Of a DNA stretch of 64,000 nt, positions 10,437-20,030 are shown piece after piece. The stretch lies in IMG/VR virus record IMGVR_UViG_3300020576_006967, positions 32,001 through 96,000 of that record; one strand, 5' to 3'. The notes beneath the pieces are model-generated. The model had not been told where the DNA came from and did not search any database. It worked only from the letters and a program-made list of their open reading frames with translations. Both the position numbers and the translations under genes were made by a program. Source of the stretch: a virus (taxonomy: Duplodnaviria > Caudoviricetes). The stretch's first letter is position 1, and each line of letters opens with the position of its first letter.

Positions 10437-11153
10437 ATGTCAGAAACATCACAAAAAAGTCAACAGGACGTAGATAGCTACGATTACAATGACAATTACG
10501 ACCCAAACAAGGTTGAAGTAGAAGAAGTTATAAATGCGGTTTTTGTTTGCGACGTATCAGGCTCAATTGTGGCCTGCGTTAAAGAGTTAAACAGTGCACT
10601 TAACGAATTCACTGAAAGAATGCAGAAATCACACGCTAAAGATAAATTATTTGTGTCTAGAGTGGATTTTAATCAAATTGTAGAAGTTGCACATGGTTTT
10701 AAACCAATTTCAGAATTGCAACACGTCGATTTAAGCAGCAAAGTACACGGAAGAAATAATGGCTCGACAAAACTTTACGAAGGTGTAAAAGTTGCACTTA
10801 AAAACGCACTTAGCTATAGAGCTTCTCTTGAACAGGGTGGTATTAACGTTAAGACTCTTTTATTTGTTATCACAGATGGTGACGATAATGATTCAGAACC
10901 AGGAAGTGCTGCAGAAGTTAAAAACATGATTGCTGAACTTCAAAAAGATGAGGGTAATATTTTTAGCTTCGAATCAATTCTTTTTGGTGTAGGATCATCT
11001 GGTCGTTTTGAAGACGCTCAAAGAGAGATGAACATCAAACATCTTGGTAGGGTTGGTACAACAGCCGACGAAATTCGTAAAATGATTGCGTTTATTTCAA
11101 GTTCTGTGACCAGCGTTAGTACTGGCGGTGGTGTATCTGCTCCAACGTTTTAA
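10437..11153 (+). CDS. vWA (TerY-like) domain protein
   Basis: DVSGS MIDAS motif, T.LY, VITDG. Confidence 0.8.
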   Translation: MSETSQKSQQDVDSYDYNDNYDPNKVEVEEVINAVFVCDVSGSIVACVKELNSALNEFTERMQKSHAKDKLFVSRVDFNQIVEVAHGFKPISELQHVDLSSKVHGRNNGSTKLYEGVKVALKNALSYRASLEQGGINVKTLLFVITDGDDNDSEPGSAAEVKNMIAELQKDEGNIFSFESILFGVGSSGRFEDAQREMNIKHLGRVGTTADEIRKMIAFISSSVTSVSTGGGVSAPTF

Positions 11154-11170
11154 GTTGTTTTTTTAACCTT

Positions 11171-11202
11171 AAAAAGGGGAGGTGTCGCCTCTCCTTTTTT
11201 TT
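11171..11202 (+). terminator. Intrinsic terminator
   Basis: ggggagg-tgtcg-cctctcc plus T run. Confidence 0.75.
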
Positions 11203-11219
11203 TGAATTTTTATTTTGAA

Positions 11220-12041
11220 ATGGAAGCTGATTTAAACTTAGTTCAAATTGAGCCGCAAAAAGGTGGCGCAAAAATTATAATAAAAAAATTATTAAAGCGT
11301 GGTGCTGATTTTGAACATTCTGTAAATTGCCAGGATGCTCTTAGAATCGCTGACGCAAATAACTTTGTATACTTCGCTGTATTTGATGGTTGTTCTGGCG
11401 GTGAAGAAAGTCATTTTGCTTCTAGTTTGTTTTCAAAAACTTTTAGAGAGGTGACAACAAATATGGCTTCTCACATTGATGTACCTGGCGGTAATCTTGT
11501 AAATAATGTTAAGTTCATTATTCATATGATGGCTAGAAAAATTATTCAGACCCAAAATTTATTGGAACTCACCACAAACGAATTATTATCTACCATGATA
11601 ATATGTGGAATTGATAAAAATACAAACGATTGCATTATATGCGCATTTGGTGATGGCTTTTATAGTGTGGATGGAGTACAACACACCATACAAAACACAC
11701 GTTTTATTGAAATGGAAAGTGGGGATAACAGACCAGATTATATCGCTTACGACCTACACCTTCTTCAAAACTATTCAGATTTTGAAAAGTGGTTCTCTCA
11801 AAAATCAGAAGTTCATTTTTTTAAAAAAGTAAAAAATGTTTCAATTGCTAGCGATGGAATTAACACATTTAAGAAATCGGAATTGTCAAAGCTAAAAATT
11901 GACCCAATTGATTTTTTGATCAATGATGAATCTTTGCTTGAAAACGCAATTATGCTTGAGAGAAAATACAATATTCTTTTTAAGGATAAAATTATAAACG
12001 CTGACGATTTAAGTGTTGTCAGAATTAAAATTGAAAATTAA
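11220..12041 (+). CDS. PP2C-family phosphatase
   Basis: NCQDA, AVFDGCS, FGDG, ASDG, DDLS. Confidence 0.8.
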   Translation: MEADLNLVQIEPQKGGAKIIIKKLLKRGADFEHSVNCQDALRIADANNFVYFAVFDGCSGGEESHFASSLFSKTFREVTTNMASHIDVPGGNLVNNVKFIIHMMARKIIQTQNLLELTTNELLSTMIICGIDKNTNDCIICAFGDGFYSVDGVQHTIQNTRFIEMESGDNRPDYIAYDLHLLQNYSDFEKWFSQKSEVHFFKKVKNVSIASDGINTFKKSELSKLKIDPIDFLINDESLLENAIMLERKYNILFKDKIINADDLSVVRIKIEN

Positions 12042-12364
12042 TGCAAGAAGAAATTGATGTTAGAAGACAATTGGGACAAGTTGAAAACTTTATGTTCACT
12101 GAACAAGTTATTGATGGAAATCCAGATTCTGAGTATTTAATTTTGTGCGGCAATATAAACCATAATGATACATGGGTTTGGAAGTTTTGTGTTCATGAGT
12201 TTAATTATACTCCTGTGTGGTCAACAGAATATGGAAATTGTAATATAAAAGGATGGGATTTAGAAGAGGGAATGAGACTAGCAAATGAATGGGTTAATGG
12301 AATAAAAAAAATAATGCCATACAAAAGAATATATCCAGAACTTTTTTTAATGAAAATGAAATAA
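12041..12364 (+). CDS. Hypothetical protein
   Basis: Translationally coupled ORF. Confidence 0.6.
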   Translation: MQEEIDVRRQLGQVENFMFTEQVIDGNPDSEYLILCGNINHNDTWVWKFCVHEFNYTPVWSTEYGNCNIKGWDLEEGMRLANEWVNGIKKIMPYKRIYPELFLMKMK

Positions 12365-12366
12365 TT

Positions 12367-13149
12367 ATGTTAGGAGCAATAATAGGTGACATTATAGGAT
12401 CTCGTTTTGAGAGATTCAATCACAAATCAAAAGATTTCGAATTATTTAATGAACAATGTAAAATGACAGATGATTCTGTGCTTACATTGGCCATTGCTGA
12501 TGCATATATAAATAAAAAAGATTATGCTGCAACTTTAAAAGAGTATGCAAAACAAGATATGCTTGCTGGGTATGGTGGGTCATTTATAGCATGGGTTGAC
12601 AGTGAAAAAAGCGAGCCTTATAATAGTTGGGCCAATGGTTCAGCAATGCGTGTAAGCGCATTAGCATGGCTTATTAATGACATGGATACTCTTATGGCAG
12701 AAGCTAAGAGAAGTGCTGAAGTAACGCATAACCACCCAGAGGGTATTAAAGGCGCACAAGCAATTGCTGCAGCCATATTATATGCTAGGCAAAAATACAC
12801 AAAGGATCAAATTAGGAACAGAATCACAGAAAAATTTGGTTATGACTTAAAAAGAACAGTGCAATCTTTTGTAGAAAATTATGAGTTTGATGTTTCTTGT
12901 GCTGGTTCTGTCCCACAGGCAATAATTTGTTTTTTGGAGTCTAAAGATTTTGAAGATTGTCTTCGCACCGCCATTTCTATTGGAGGTGATAGCGATACAA
13001 TTGCTTCTATGGCTTGCGCAATTGGAGAAGCTTATTATGCAAACATTCCAGAAGAGCTTGAAAATTATGCAAAAGAGCACATTTCAAAAAAGGAAAAATA
13101 TATAACAGCGTTTAATAAGTTTTATGATGAATATTTTAAAGAAGTTTAA
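12367..13149 (+). CDS. ADP-ribosylglycohydrolase (DraG/ARH family)
   Basis: GAIIGDIIGS, TDDS, NGSAMR, THNHPEG, GGDSDT. Confidence 0.9.
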   Translation: MLGAIIGDIIGSRFERFNHKSKDFELFNEQCKMTDDSVLTLAIADAYINKKDYAATLKEYAKQDMLAGYGGSFIAWVDSEKSEPYNSWANGSAMRVSALAWLINDMDTLMAEAKRSAEVTHNHPEGIKGAQAIAAAILYARQKYTKDQIRNRITEKFGYDLKRTVQSFVENYEFDVSCAGSVPQAIICFLESKDFEDCLRTAISIGGDSDTIASMACAIGEAYYANIPEELENYAKEHISKKEKYITAFNKFYDEYFKEV

Positions 13150-13151
13150 AA

Positions 13152-14864
13152 ATGGGCTTAATTAACGTTGTTGCACAAAACGGTGTAAAGTATAAAATAA
13201 ATGATTCTAAAGAAATTGCTCGTGGAGGAGAGGGGATTATTTACGATCTTGATAATGATATTGTCGCAAAAATATATCATCAAGGAATAGAGCCTCTTAG
13301 TCTTGCAAAATATGAGTTTCTAAAGAAGTTGGATAAACACATGTTCGTTTGCCCAATTGATTTACTTTATGCAGGAAATGGCAACGCAGGAATTGTTGTT
13401 GGGTTTACAATGAATTTTTTACCAGCCTCATATTTTCCATTGTCAAACATTTACATTAAATCGTTCTGTACTTCAAACAGTGTTGATAAAAAAGTTAAAC
13501 TTAAAATCATTGAGCAACTTATAAAGGCCACAGAATATGCCCACAAATTAGGTATAGTTATTGGAGATCTTAACTGTTTAAATATAATGGTAAACAATAT
13601 AGGCGATGTGAAATTTATTGACACAGACTCTTATCAAACTCCAGGATATAAGCACTCAGGAAGACTGCTTGAAGATATAAGAGATTATTATTATCAAGGT
13701 AAAATAGATGATAAAAGTGATTTTTTTGCATTATCAGTGTTGGCGTTTAACATGCTTGCATTTACTCATCCGTTTAAAGGTATACATAAAACCTATATGA
13801 AAATTTCTGACCGAATGATTCATAAGATTCCAGTATTTGTAAAAGATCCAGAATTAAAAGTCCCAAAATGTTATGAACCAATAAATGACACGAATCTTTT
13901 AGAACAGTTTAAAAGGTTGTATTTAAAAGGCGAGAGATTTATTGTTTCTTTATCCGATGTCAATTCAAATTTACTTGTATTGCCTTTAAACAAGCCATCT
14001 ATTGTAACTCAATACGAGCAGGACGAGTTAATTATAACAACCATATTTGAGCACGGTAAAGCTAAGGATATTTTTTGCACAGATAATAAGTTGGTGATAG
14101 TAACTGATGACTCTTTTTTAATTTATAATGCAAAAAACAAAGGTTATGTCACATTGTTAGATACAATATCAAAAAAAGACTACGATCAAATTTTTATAGG
14201 CAATAAAAATATTTTGTTTTTAAAAAATAGAAATTTATTTATTTATTCATCACCAGGTAAAATACAGCAAATGACCTCTGTTTCCCTGCCAAACAAAAGC
14301 TTGCTTAGACAATATGGAAATATATTAGTTGTAGTTGGTGAAGATACAATGTTTAAATTATATATTGACGAGTCTTATGGCACAACAATTAAGTTTACGA
14401 CGTTGAGCGTATTTGATAAAGGCTTTAAAAATTATAATAGCTTTGTTTATAATGCTGGCGGAAAACAAAACATATTGTACAATGAAAGTGGGGTAGAGAT
14501 TTCTGTGGTGAGTTTCCCAGTTAAAATAGATGATGTTTTACAAGAGGAAAATGTTGGTATATATCAATATGTGGAAAAGAAGCAAATCAAGTACAAGTTT
14601 TTCAAAATAAACAATTTAAAAGTAAGCGTTTCTCAAAATGAAATATTGCAATGGTATAACTTCGCATATAGAAGAGATGCTAGCGGAGAAGGTTTTATTT
14701 TTATACCATGTGATGATACCATTAGAATACTTCGCACACAAGACTTCGCAGAAGTATCTGATTTAAAATGTAATCTTGTAACTTCCTCATCTGTTCTTAA
14801 AAACACTGGCGCTGGCTTAGTATTGCTAGAAGATGGCAAAGTGTGGTTATTAAATAAGAAATAA
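13152..14864 (+). CDS. Ser/Thr protein kinase (TerY-P type) with beta-rich C-terminus
   Basis: ARGGEG, VAKIY, IGDLNCLNIMV, IDTDS, HPFKG. Confidence 0.8.
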   Translation: MGLINVVAQNGVKYKINDSKEIARGGEGIIYDLDNDIVAKIYHQGIEPLSLAKYEFLKKLDKHMFVCPIDLLYAGNGNAGIVVGFTMNFLPASYFPLSNIYIKSFCTSNSVDKKVKLKIIEQLIKATEYAHKLGIVIGDLNCLNIMVNNIGDVKFIDTDSYQTPGYKHSGRLLEDIRDYYYQGKIDDKSDFFALSVLAFNMLAFTHPFKGIHKTYMKISDRMIHKIPVFVKDPELKVPKCYEPINDTNLLEQFKRLYLKGERFIVSLSDVNSNLLVLPLNKPSIVTQYEQDELIITTIFEHGKAKDIFCTDNKLVIVTDDSFLIYNAKNKGYVTLLDTISKKDYDQIFIGNKNILFLKNRNLFIYSSPGKIQQMTSVSLPNKSLLRQYGNILVVVGEDTMFKLYIDESYGTTIKFTTLSVFDKGFKNYNSFVYNAGGKQNILYNESGVEISVVSFPVKIDDVLQEENVGIYQYVEKKQIKYKFFKINNLKVSVSQNEILQWYNFAYRRDASGEGFIFIPCDDTIRILRTQDFAEVSDLKCNLVTSSSVLKNTGAGLVLLEDGKVWLLNKK

Positions 14865-14887
14865 AACTTTATTTTTTAATAATTAAG

Positions 14888-14913
14888 ACCGAGATATACT
14901 CTCGGTTTTTTTT
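14888..14913 (+). terminator. Intrinsic terminator
   Basis: accgaga-tatac-tctcggt plus T run. Confidence 0.75.
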
Positions 14914-14929
14914 GTCTCGTTTTTTTAAT

Positions 14930-14992
14930 TTTTGTCTAGGTTTTTATATTATTCTAGGTTTTGTGAAAATTTTAACAAATACCTAGACAAAA
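14930..14992. repeat. 12-bp inverted repeat TTTTGTCTAGGT...ACCTAGACAAAA
   Basis: Arms at 14930-14941 and 14981-14992 in intergenic DNA. Confidence 0.7.
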
Positions 14993-15048
14993 TAATTTGG
15001 TTGATTAAATAAAAAGAGTTAATTTCGATATAAATAATTCTAACCAAT

Positions 15049-16884
15049 ATGAAAAATAAAGAGAACAACAAAGCGAAAGATTCTAAAAGCAATGAGCCAG
15101 AAGAAAAAAAGGCAGATATACAACCAACAGAAACTGTAAAAACAGAATATGTTAACGACTCTGGGTTAAGTGAAAAAAGCGCCGAGCTTGAGAAAAAAGA
15201 ATTGGGTAAAAAATACGACTCTCAAAAAAAGTCTATAAAAACAAAAAAGCAAGAAGCAAAGTATACTTTAGAAAAAAAGATTCCTGATGCTAAAAAAGAC
15301 TTAGAAAAAAAGCTTGCTGAGGATCCAACTTTTTTAACTCCTGAACAATTAGAAGGGTATAACAAATATCTAAAAGAGATTGAAGAAAAAAGCAAAACTG
15401 ACCTTAGTGACCTAGCTTTAAAAGAGGAAGAATTAGAGCTTGATTACGAAGATTTAAAAACAGAGCCTAGTGTTCCAATGCTTAATGATTACTCTAAAGT
15501 GGTAAATCATGCTGTAAAAATCAATGCGCCACTTATGAATATGGTATTCGATTATTTCAACTTTTTGTTTGATGACAAAGAAGCTCAAGAAAAAACAAAA
15601 ATTGTTATTGATCACTTCTCAAACGACCAGGGTCTTTTTTCGGAAAGTTTTCCGCATTCTACAAATATGAATTATTTTTGTGGTAATGTAATGATCATGT
15701 TTAAGGACACAATTAGGGTTATTGTTACATTAAAAAAATATTACGAACAGGGACAATTTCATTACAGACTTTGTTTTGTATCGGAGGGAAAATGTACTTT
15801 AAACCCAGACTATCTTGGTAAAAAAATATTGTTTAACGCAATTGCGCACAGTAAAATAAAAGGAACGCACATCACCTTGCCATATGATTCAATTATGTGG
15901 TCACAAGAAAAACTTGAAAGAAGAGGTTTTAACGATATCTTTTTGCCAAAAAGCATTATGGAGGATTTAACCCTTTATACAACGCTATTTGATAAAACTG
16001 GCGTGTTGTTAAGATATTTAATGATTGGAAGTCCTGGAACTGGTAAGACAGAATCAACTCTTGCAATTGCGAATTATTTAAAAGACAACAAAGTTACAGT
16101 TATTAAAACAATGGTATGTCCATCATTAAAAGAAAAAATAGAGTTAGCTGAATTATTAGCGCCATCTATTGTAATTTTTGACGACATCGACTTATCATTG
16201 GGCTCTAGATCAAAAGGCGGAGTTTCAGGCGGATTGGCACAATTTTTAGATGTACTTGATGGTACTGAGAAAGTTAGAAAGGACGTTGGTTTCATCGCTA
16301 CAACAAACTCTTTGGCGTTGTTAGATATGGCAGCACAAAGACCTGGTCGTTTTGACAAATTGTTATCTTTTGATAGCTTAACACTTTCTAATATTAGAAA
16401 TATCATTTTGAAGTCTCTTAATAAAAACTTCGAACTTGAAGAAAATTCCCCAGCTGTTCAACCATTTATACACCCATCTGTAATTGAAAAATTCTTTCAC
16501 TCTAAAGTTACTGGCTCACACGTTTACAACAATGTGAAAATGCTTATGCTTAGAATTGACACCTTAGAATTAACAGATATCACGTCTGATTGGATTGTAA
16601 GTGAAATTACAAACGAACTTGAAATTCTAAAAAGAATTAGAAGAACAGATTATCTTACAGCTGGAATGTCTGGATCTGGCGGTGGCGAAATAGGATTCCC
16701 AATGAAAAATGACTATGAAGAAGGAGAGGGCGAAGAATCAGTTGGTATAGAACCAGAATCTCCAACACAAGATTTATCAGCTTACTCTAATGAACAAGAG
16801 AGAGCCCCAGGAACGCAAAATAAACCTTATGACGATGGGTATAGTCATGGAAGTAGTGAGAGTGAAGCGGAAAGCAAATCTTAA
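15049..16884 (+). CDS. AAA+ ATPase with coiled-coil N-terminus
   Basis: GSPGTGKT, FDDID, ATTN, QRPGRFD. Confidence 0.85.
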   Translation: MKNKENNKAKDSKSNEPEEKKADIQPTETVKTEYVNDSGLSEKSAELEKKELGKKYDSQKKSIKTKKQEAKYTLEKKIPDAKKDLEKKLAEDPTFLTPEQLEGYNKYLKEIEEKSKTDLSDLALKEEELELDYEDLKTEPSVPMLNDYSKVVNHAVKINAPLMNMVFDYFNFLFDDKEAQEKTKIVIDHFSNDQGLFSESFPHSTNMNYFCGNVMIMFKDTIRVIVTLKKYYEQGQFHYRLCFVSEGKCTLNPDYLGKKILFNAIAHSKIKGTHITLPYDSIMWSQEKLERRGFNDIFLPKSIMEDLTLYTTLFDKTGVLLRYLMIGSPGTGKTESTLAIANYLKDNKVTVIKTMVCPSLKEKIELAELLAPSIVIFDDIDLSLGSRSKGGVSGGLAQFLDVLDGTEKVRKDVGFIATTNSLALLDMAAQRPGRFDKLLSFDSLTLSNIRNIILKSLNKNFELEENSPAVQPFIHPSVIEKFFHSKVTGSHVYNNVKMLMLRIDTLELTDITSDWIVSEITNELEILKRIRRTDYLTAGMSGSGGGEIGFPMKNDYEEGEGEESVGIEPESPTQDLSAYSNEQERAPGTQNKPYDDGYSHGSSESEAESKS

Positions 16885-16910
16885 TTTTTAATTGTACTCA
16901 AAAAAACAAT

Positions 16911-18302
16911 ATGTCTAGAAAACCACAAAATAAAACCACAGGAAGGTCAATCGTTAAAATGATAAAGGCTGGTATTGAATCTGAGGAAGATAAAAAAAAT
17001 CAAAAAAAGGAATCAGATAAATTTAACAAATTTCAATCTAGATTTTCTTTTGATGATAACATGAATAGGCCAATATTCAAAATATTTTCAGATTACTTTA
17101 ATATTTTAAACGAGACTGAGTCGCTCCAAAAAAAACATCAAATAAAAATCCTTGGATTCGTTAAAGACGACGAATTCAGGGATACAATAAACTTGTATGA
17201 AAGTTGGGGTAAAAAAACAGTTCTTTTAGAATATGAAGGCTTAGTTGTAAGTCTTGTTTATGATATTTTTAAACAAAACAATGAAGTAACTTTTTATTTT
17301 GCAATGACATCAAACAACAAAAGTTTTATTGATGGATTGTACTTTTATAATAAGTTGTGGAAACACGCTCTTGAGGTTAGTGATTTAAAAGGAAGTTACT
17401 TTGTTATGGAGAGAGATGAAATTTTGTGGCAGAAAAAAACTCTAGAAAAAAGAGGTTTTAGCGACATATATCTTCCAAGCTCTACTGTAGAAGATTTAAA
17501 AATGTATGTGGCATCACACACTGAAATGAGCGTTTTGATGCGCTATTTAATGGTTGGTAGTCCAGGTACAGGTAAAACTGAATCTACACTTGTGGTTGCA
17601 AACGAATTAAACAAATTAGGTGTAACAATCATTAAAACACCAGTGTGTTCTATGATTAAAGAAAAAGTGCAATTAGCTAGTTTGCTTGCGCCGTCTTTGA
17701 TTATATTTGATGATATCGACTTATCGTTAGGTTCAAGAAAGTCTGGAGCTTATTCAGAGAGATTACAAGATTTTTTAGATGTGCTTGATGGTACTGATAA
17801 AATAATTGAAACAGTTGGAATGATAGCTACCACAAACTCTGTACAGCTTTTGGATATGGCAGCACAACGCCCAGGCCGTTTTGATAAAGTTCTTTCCTTT
17901 GATGATCTTACTTCGGAAAATATTAAGAACGTAATCTTAAAATCTTTAAAACACCATAAAGTACCAACCACATCACAGGCTTCTAAGATGTTCACAAACT
18001 CAAAGGTGATAAAATTGTTTAGAGATAACAGATCTACTGGTGCACACATTTACAATGCTGTAAAAATGTTGAAAATGAGAACTGAGCTTTTAAAAATTAC
18101 ATTAACACTTGATTTTTTACTCGAAGAGCTGATGAAAGAAATCAAGACAAATGAAAAAATTAAAAAAGCAGAATACTTAAGCGACAAAATAAACAATGGT
18201 ATGGATTCTATAGGTTTTAACAACAAAAAAGAAGAGGATTATGACGATGAAGATGACGAAGATGATGAAATTATAGATCTAGGAATAATTAAAAGTGATT
18301 AA
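16911..18302 (+). CDS. AAA+ ATPase, tandem paralog
   Basis: Same motifs; shares RYLMxGSPGTGKTESTL and FDDIDLSLGSR with the upstream gene. Confidence 0.85.
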   Translation: MSRKPQNKTTGRSIVKMIKAGIESEEDKKNQKKESDKFNKFQSRFSFDDNMNRPIFKIFSDYFNILNETESLQKKHQIKILGFVKDDEFRDTINLYESWGKKTVLLEYEGLVVSLVYDIFKQNNEVTFYFAMTSNNKSFIDGLYFYNKLWKHALEVSDLKGSYFVMERDEILWQKKTLEKRGFSDIYLPSSTVEDLKMYVASHTEMSVLMRYLMVGSPGTGKTESTLVVANELNKLGVTIIKTPVCSMIKEKVQLASLLAPSLIIFDDIDLSLGSRKSGAYSERLQDFLDVLDGTDKIIETVGMIATTNSVQLLDMAAQRPGRFDKVLSFDDLTSENIKNVILKSLKHHKVPTTSQASKMFTNSKVIKLFRDNRSTGAHIYNAVKMLKMRTELLKITLTLDFLLEELMKEIKTNEKIKKAEYLSDKINNGMDSIGFNNKKEEDYDDEDDEDDEIIDLGIIKSD

Positions 18303-18310
18303 AAAAATGA

Positions 18311-18336
18311 AACTTTTTGTTTAAATTTGCGTATAA
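18311..18336 (+). promoter_or_regulatory. ECF-like promoter
   Basis: tgaaactttt...gcgtataa. Confidence 0.75.
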
Positions 18337-18347
18337 ATAGAACAATT

Positions 18348-20030
18348 ATGTCTGAAAAAGAATTAATAGCAAAAGACGCTGAAAAAGTAGCGACAGATAA
18401 ACGCCAGCAAGAGCTTAGAAATCTTGAAATGTATCACAATCTTAAAAGAGAGGGTTATATTTTATTTGAAACAATTACTGGAAGTCAGGCGCATGGCACC
18501 AATACTGAAACAAGTGACATTGATAAGGCTTTTGTTTACATTCTTCCAGAAAACGACATTTTAGGTATTAGATACGAAGAACAATTAAGAATTCACAAAG
18601 ATTATTCTGGATATGAAGTTCGTAGATTTTTAGAACTTCTTAGAAAGAATAATCCAACCGTGTTGGAATTATTAAATTCTCCAGACGACTGCATTTTGTA
18701 TAAGAACCCAGTTTTTGACATCTTGTTAAAAAGTAAGGATAAATTTATTACAAAAGAATCTAAAAATGCCTTTGTTGGTTATGCTAGACAACAAATAGCT
18801 AAAGCTAAAGGTTTAGATAAAAAACAAAACTGGGAAAAGGGCAGGATTACACGTAAAACACCACTTGACATGTGTCATGTGATACTTGGTTATGATTCTA
18901 AGCCGTTTCCAGAGTGGTTAGAAGAAAAAGGGTACGATCAATTGTTTTGTGGTGTATCTGCCGTTAATCACGCCCCTGGAGTGTATGCTGTATTTTATGA
19001 CACTATAGCGCATAGTTGTTTTTCTGAAAGAATACCGTTAGAAGAAAGAGAAAATCAAAAGAATGATTTTAAATCTGTTGGAATACCTGTTGGTCTTGGC
19101 TATAAAGGCGCTGCTTTCGAAGACTCAAATGATATAAGAAAGTCTAATATACCAAAAGACAAAAGGGATACTTTTGTTTGCCACATCTATTACAATAAAG
19201 ATGCTTATGCAAAAAATTGTAAAGACTACAACGATTATTTAAAATGGTTGGAAGATCGCAATGAAACCAGGTGGGTAGAAATTGAGGGTCATGGTCAGCA
19301 AATTGATGGTAAGAACATGATGCATTGTATGCGACTAATTCTAATTGGAAAAGAAATTGCTGAAGGTAAGGGTGTAAATATAAGAAGGCCAGATGCTCAG
19401 GAACTTTTGAAAATAAGAAGAGGACAAGTGTCTTTACAAGAACTTCTTGATAAATCAGAAGAATATCTTAGGGAAATGATTGACCTATATGAAGCTTCTG
19501 GGTTGCCAAATGAAGTACCTGAAGAATTTATTCACAATATGCTTGTTGAGGTTAGAAATGTTTTTTATTCAAACAACAAAGATTATGACTTAACTAAAAA
19601 ATACGACAGAGAAGCTAACAATCCTTTTTTTGTAAAACAATATGGGGACATGTCTGAACTTTGGTTTAAAATAGCTTGTGAGTTTAACGAGAGGATAAAT
19701 GAATTGAATGGCGATGTTGAAGTTGTAATTGATGACAATGAACAACCTTGGCAAAAGCTATTGACCCAATATACTTGGCCAAAAACTTTAAATATTAAAA
19801 CTGGCATGGTAGAACCTGTAAGTTTTGAAAAAATAATAGTTTTAAAAGTAACTAGAGATTACATCACTTTTGCTGCATGTGGCGAAAACCAAAAACCAAT
19901 GCAATTTGATATTGTTATGTGGGCCGATGAATTGGTTGCAATTAATGCTGATGATTATACAGGAAATTGGATTGAAGGAATTGGTCAGGAAGCATTTTTG
20001 GCACAAATTGGTTTTGATATTGATGGGTAG
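18348..20030 (+). CDS. Pol-beta superfamily nucleotidyltransferase (YcgL/NrdC.11-like)
   Basis: GSQAHGTNTETSDID, KNNPTVLELL, KNMMHCMRL; ATG 18348 lies downstream of the promoter. Confidence 0.75.
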   Translation: MSEKELIAKDAEKVATDKRQQELRNLEMYHNLKREGYILFETITGSQAHGTNTETSDIDKAFVYILPENDILGIRYEEQLRIHKDYSGYEVRRFLELLRKNNPTVLELLNSPDDCILYKNPVFDILLKSKDKFITKESKNAFVGYARQQIAKAKGLDKKQNWEKGRITRKTPLDMCHVILGYDSKPFPEWLEEKGYDQLFCGVSAVNHAPGVYAVFYDTIAHSCFSERIPLEERENQKNDFKSVGIPVGLGYKGAAFEDSNDIRKSNIPKDKRDTFVCHIYYNKDAYAKNCKDYNDYLKWLEDRNETRWVEIEGHGQQIDGKNMMHCMRLILIGKEIAEGKGVNIRRPDAQELLKIRRGQVSLQELLDKSEEYLREMIDLYEASGLPNEVPEEFIHNMLVEVRNVFYSNNKDYDLTKKYDREANNPFFVKQYGDMSELWFKIACEFNERINELNGDVEVVIDDNEQPWQKLLTQYTWPKTLNIKTGMVEPVSFEKIIVLKVTRDYITFAACGENQKPMQFDIVMWADELVAINADDYTGNWIEGIGQEAFLAQIGFDIDG

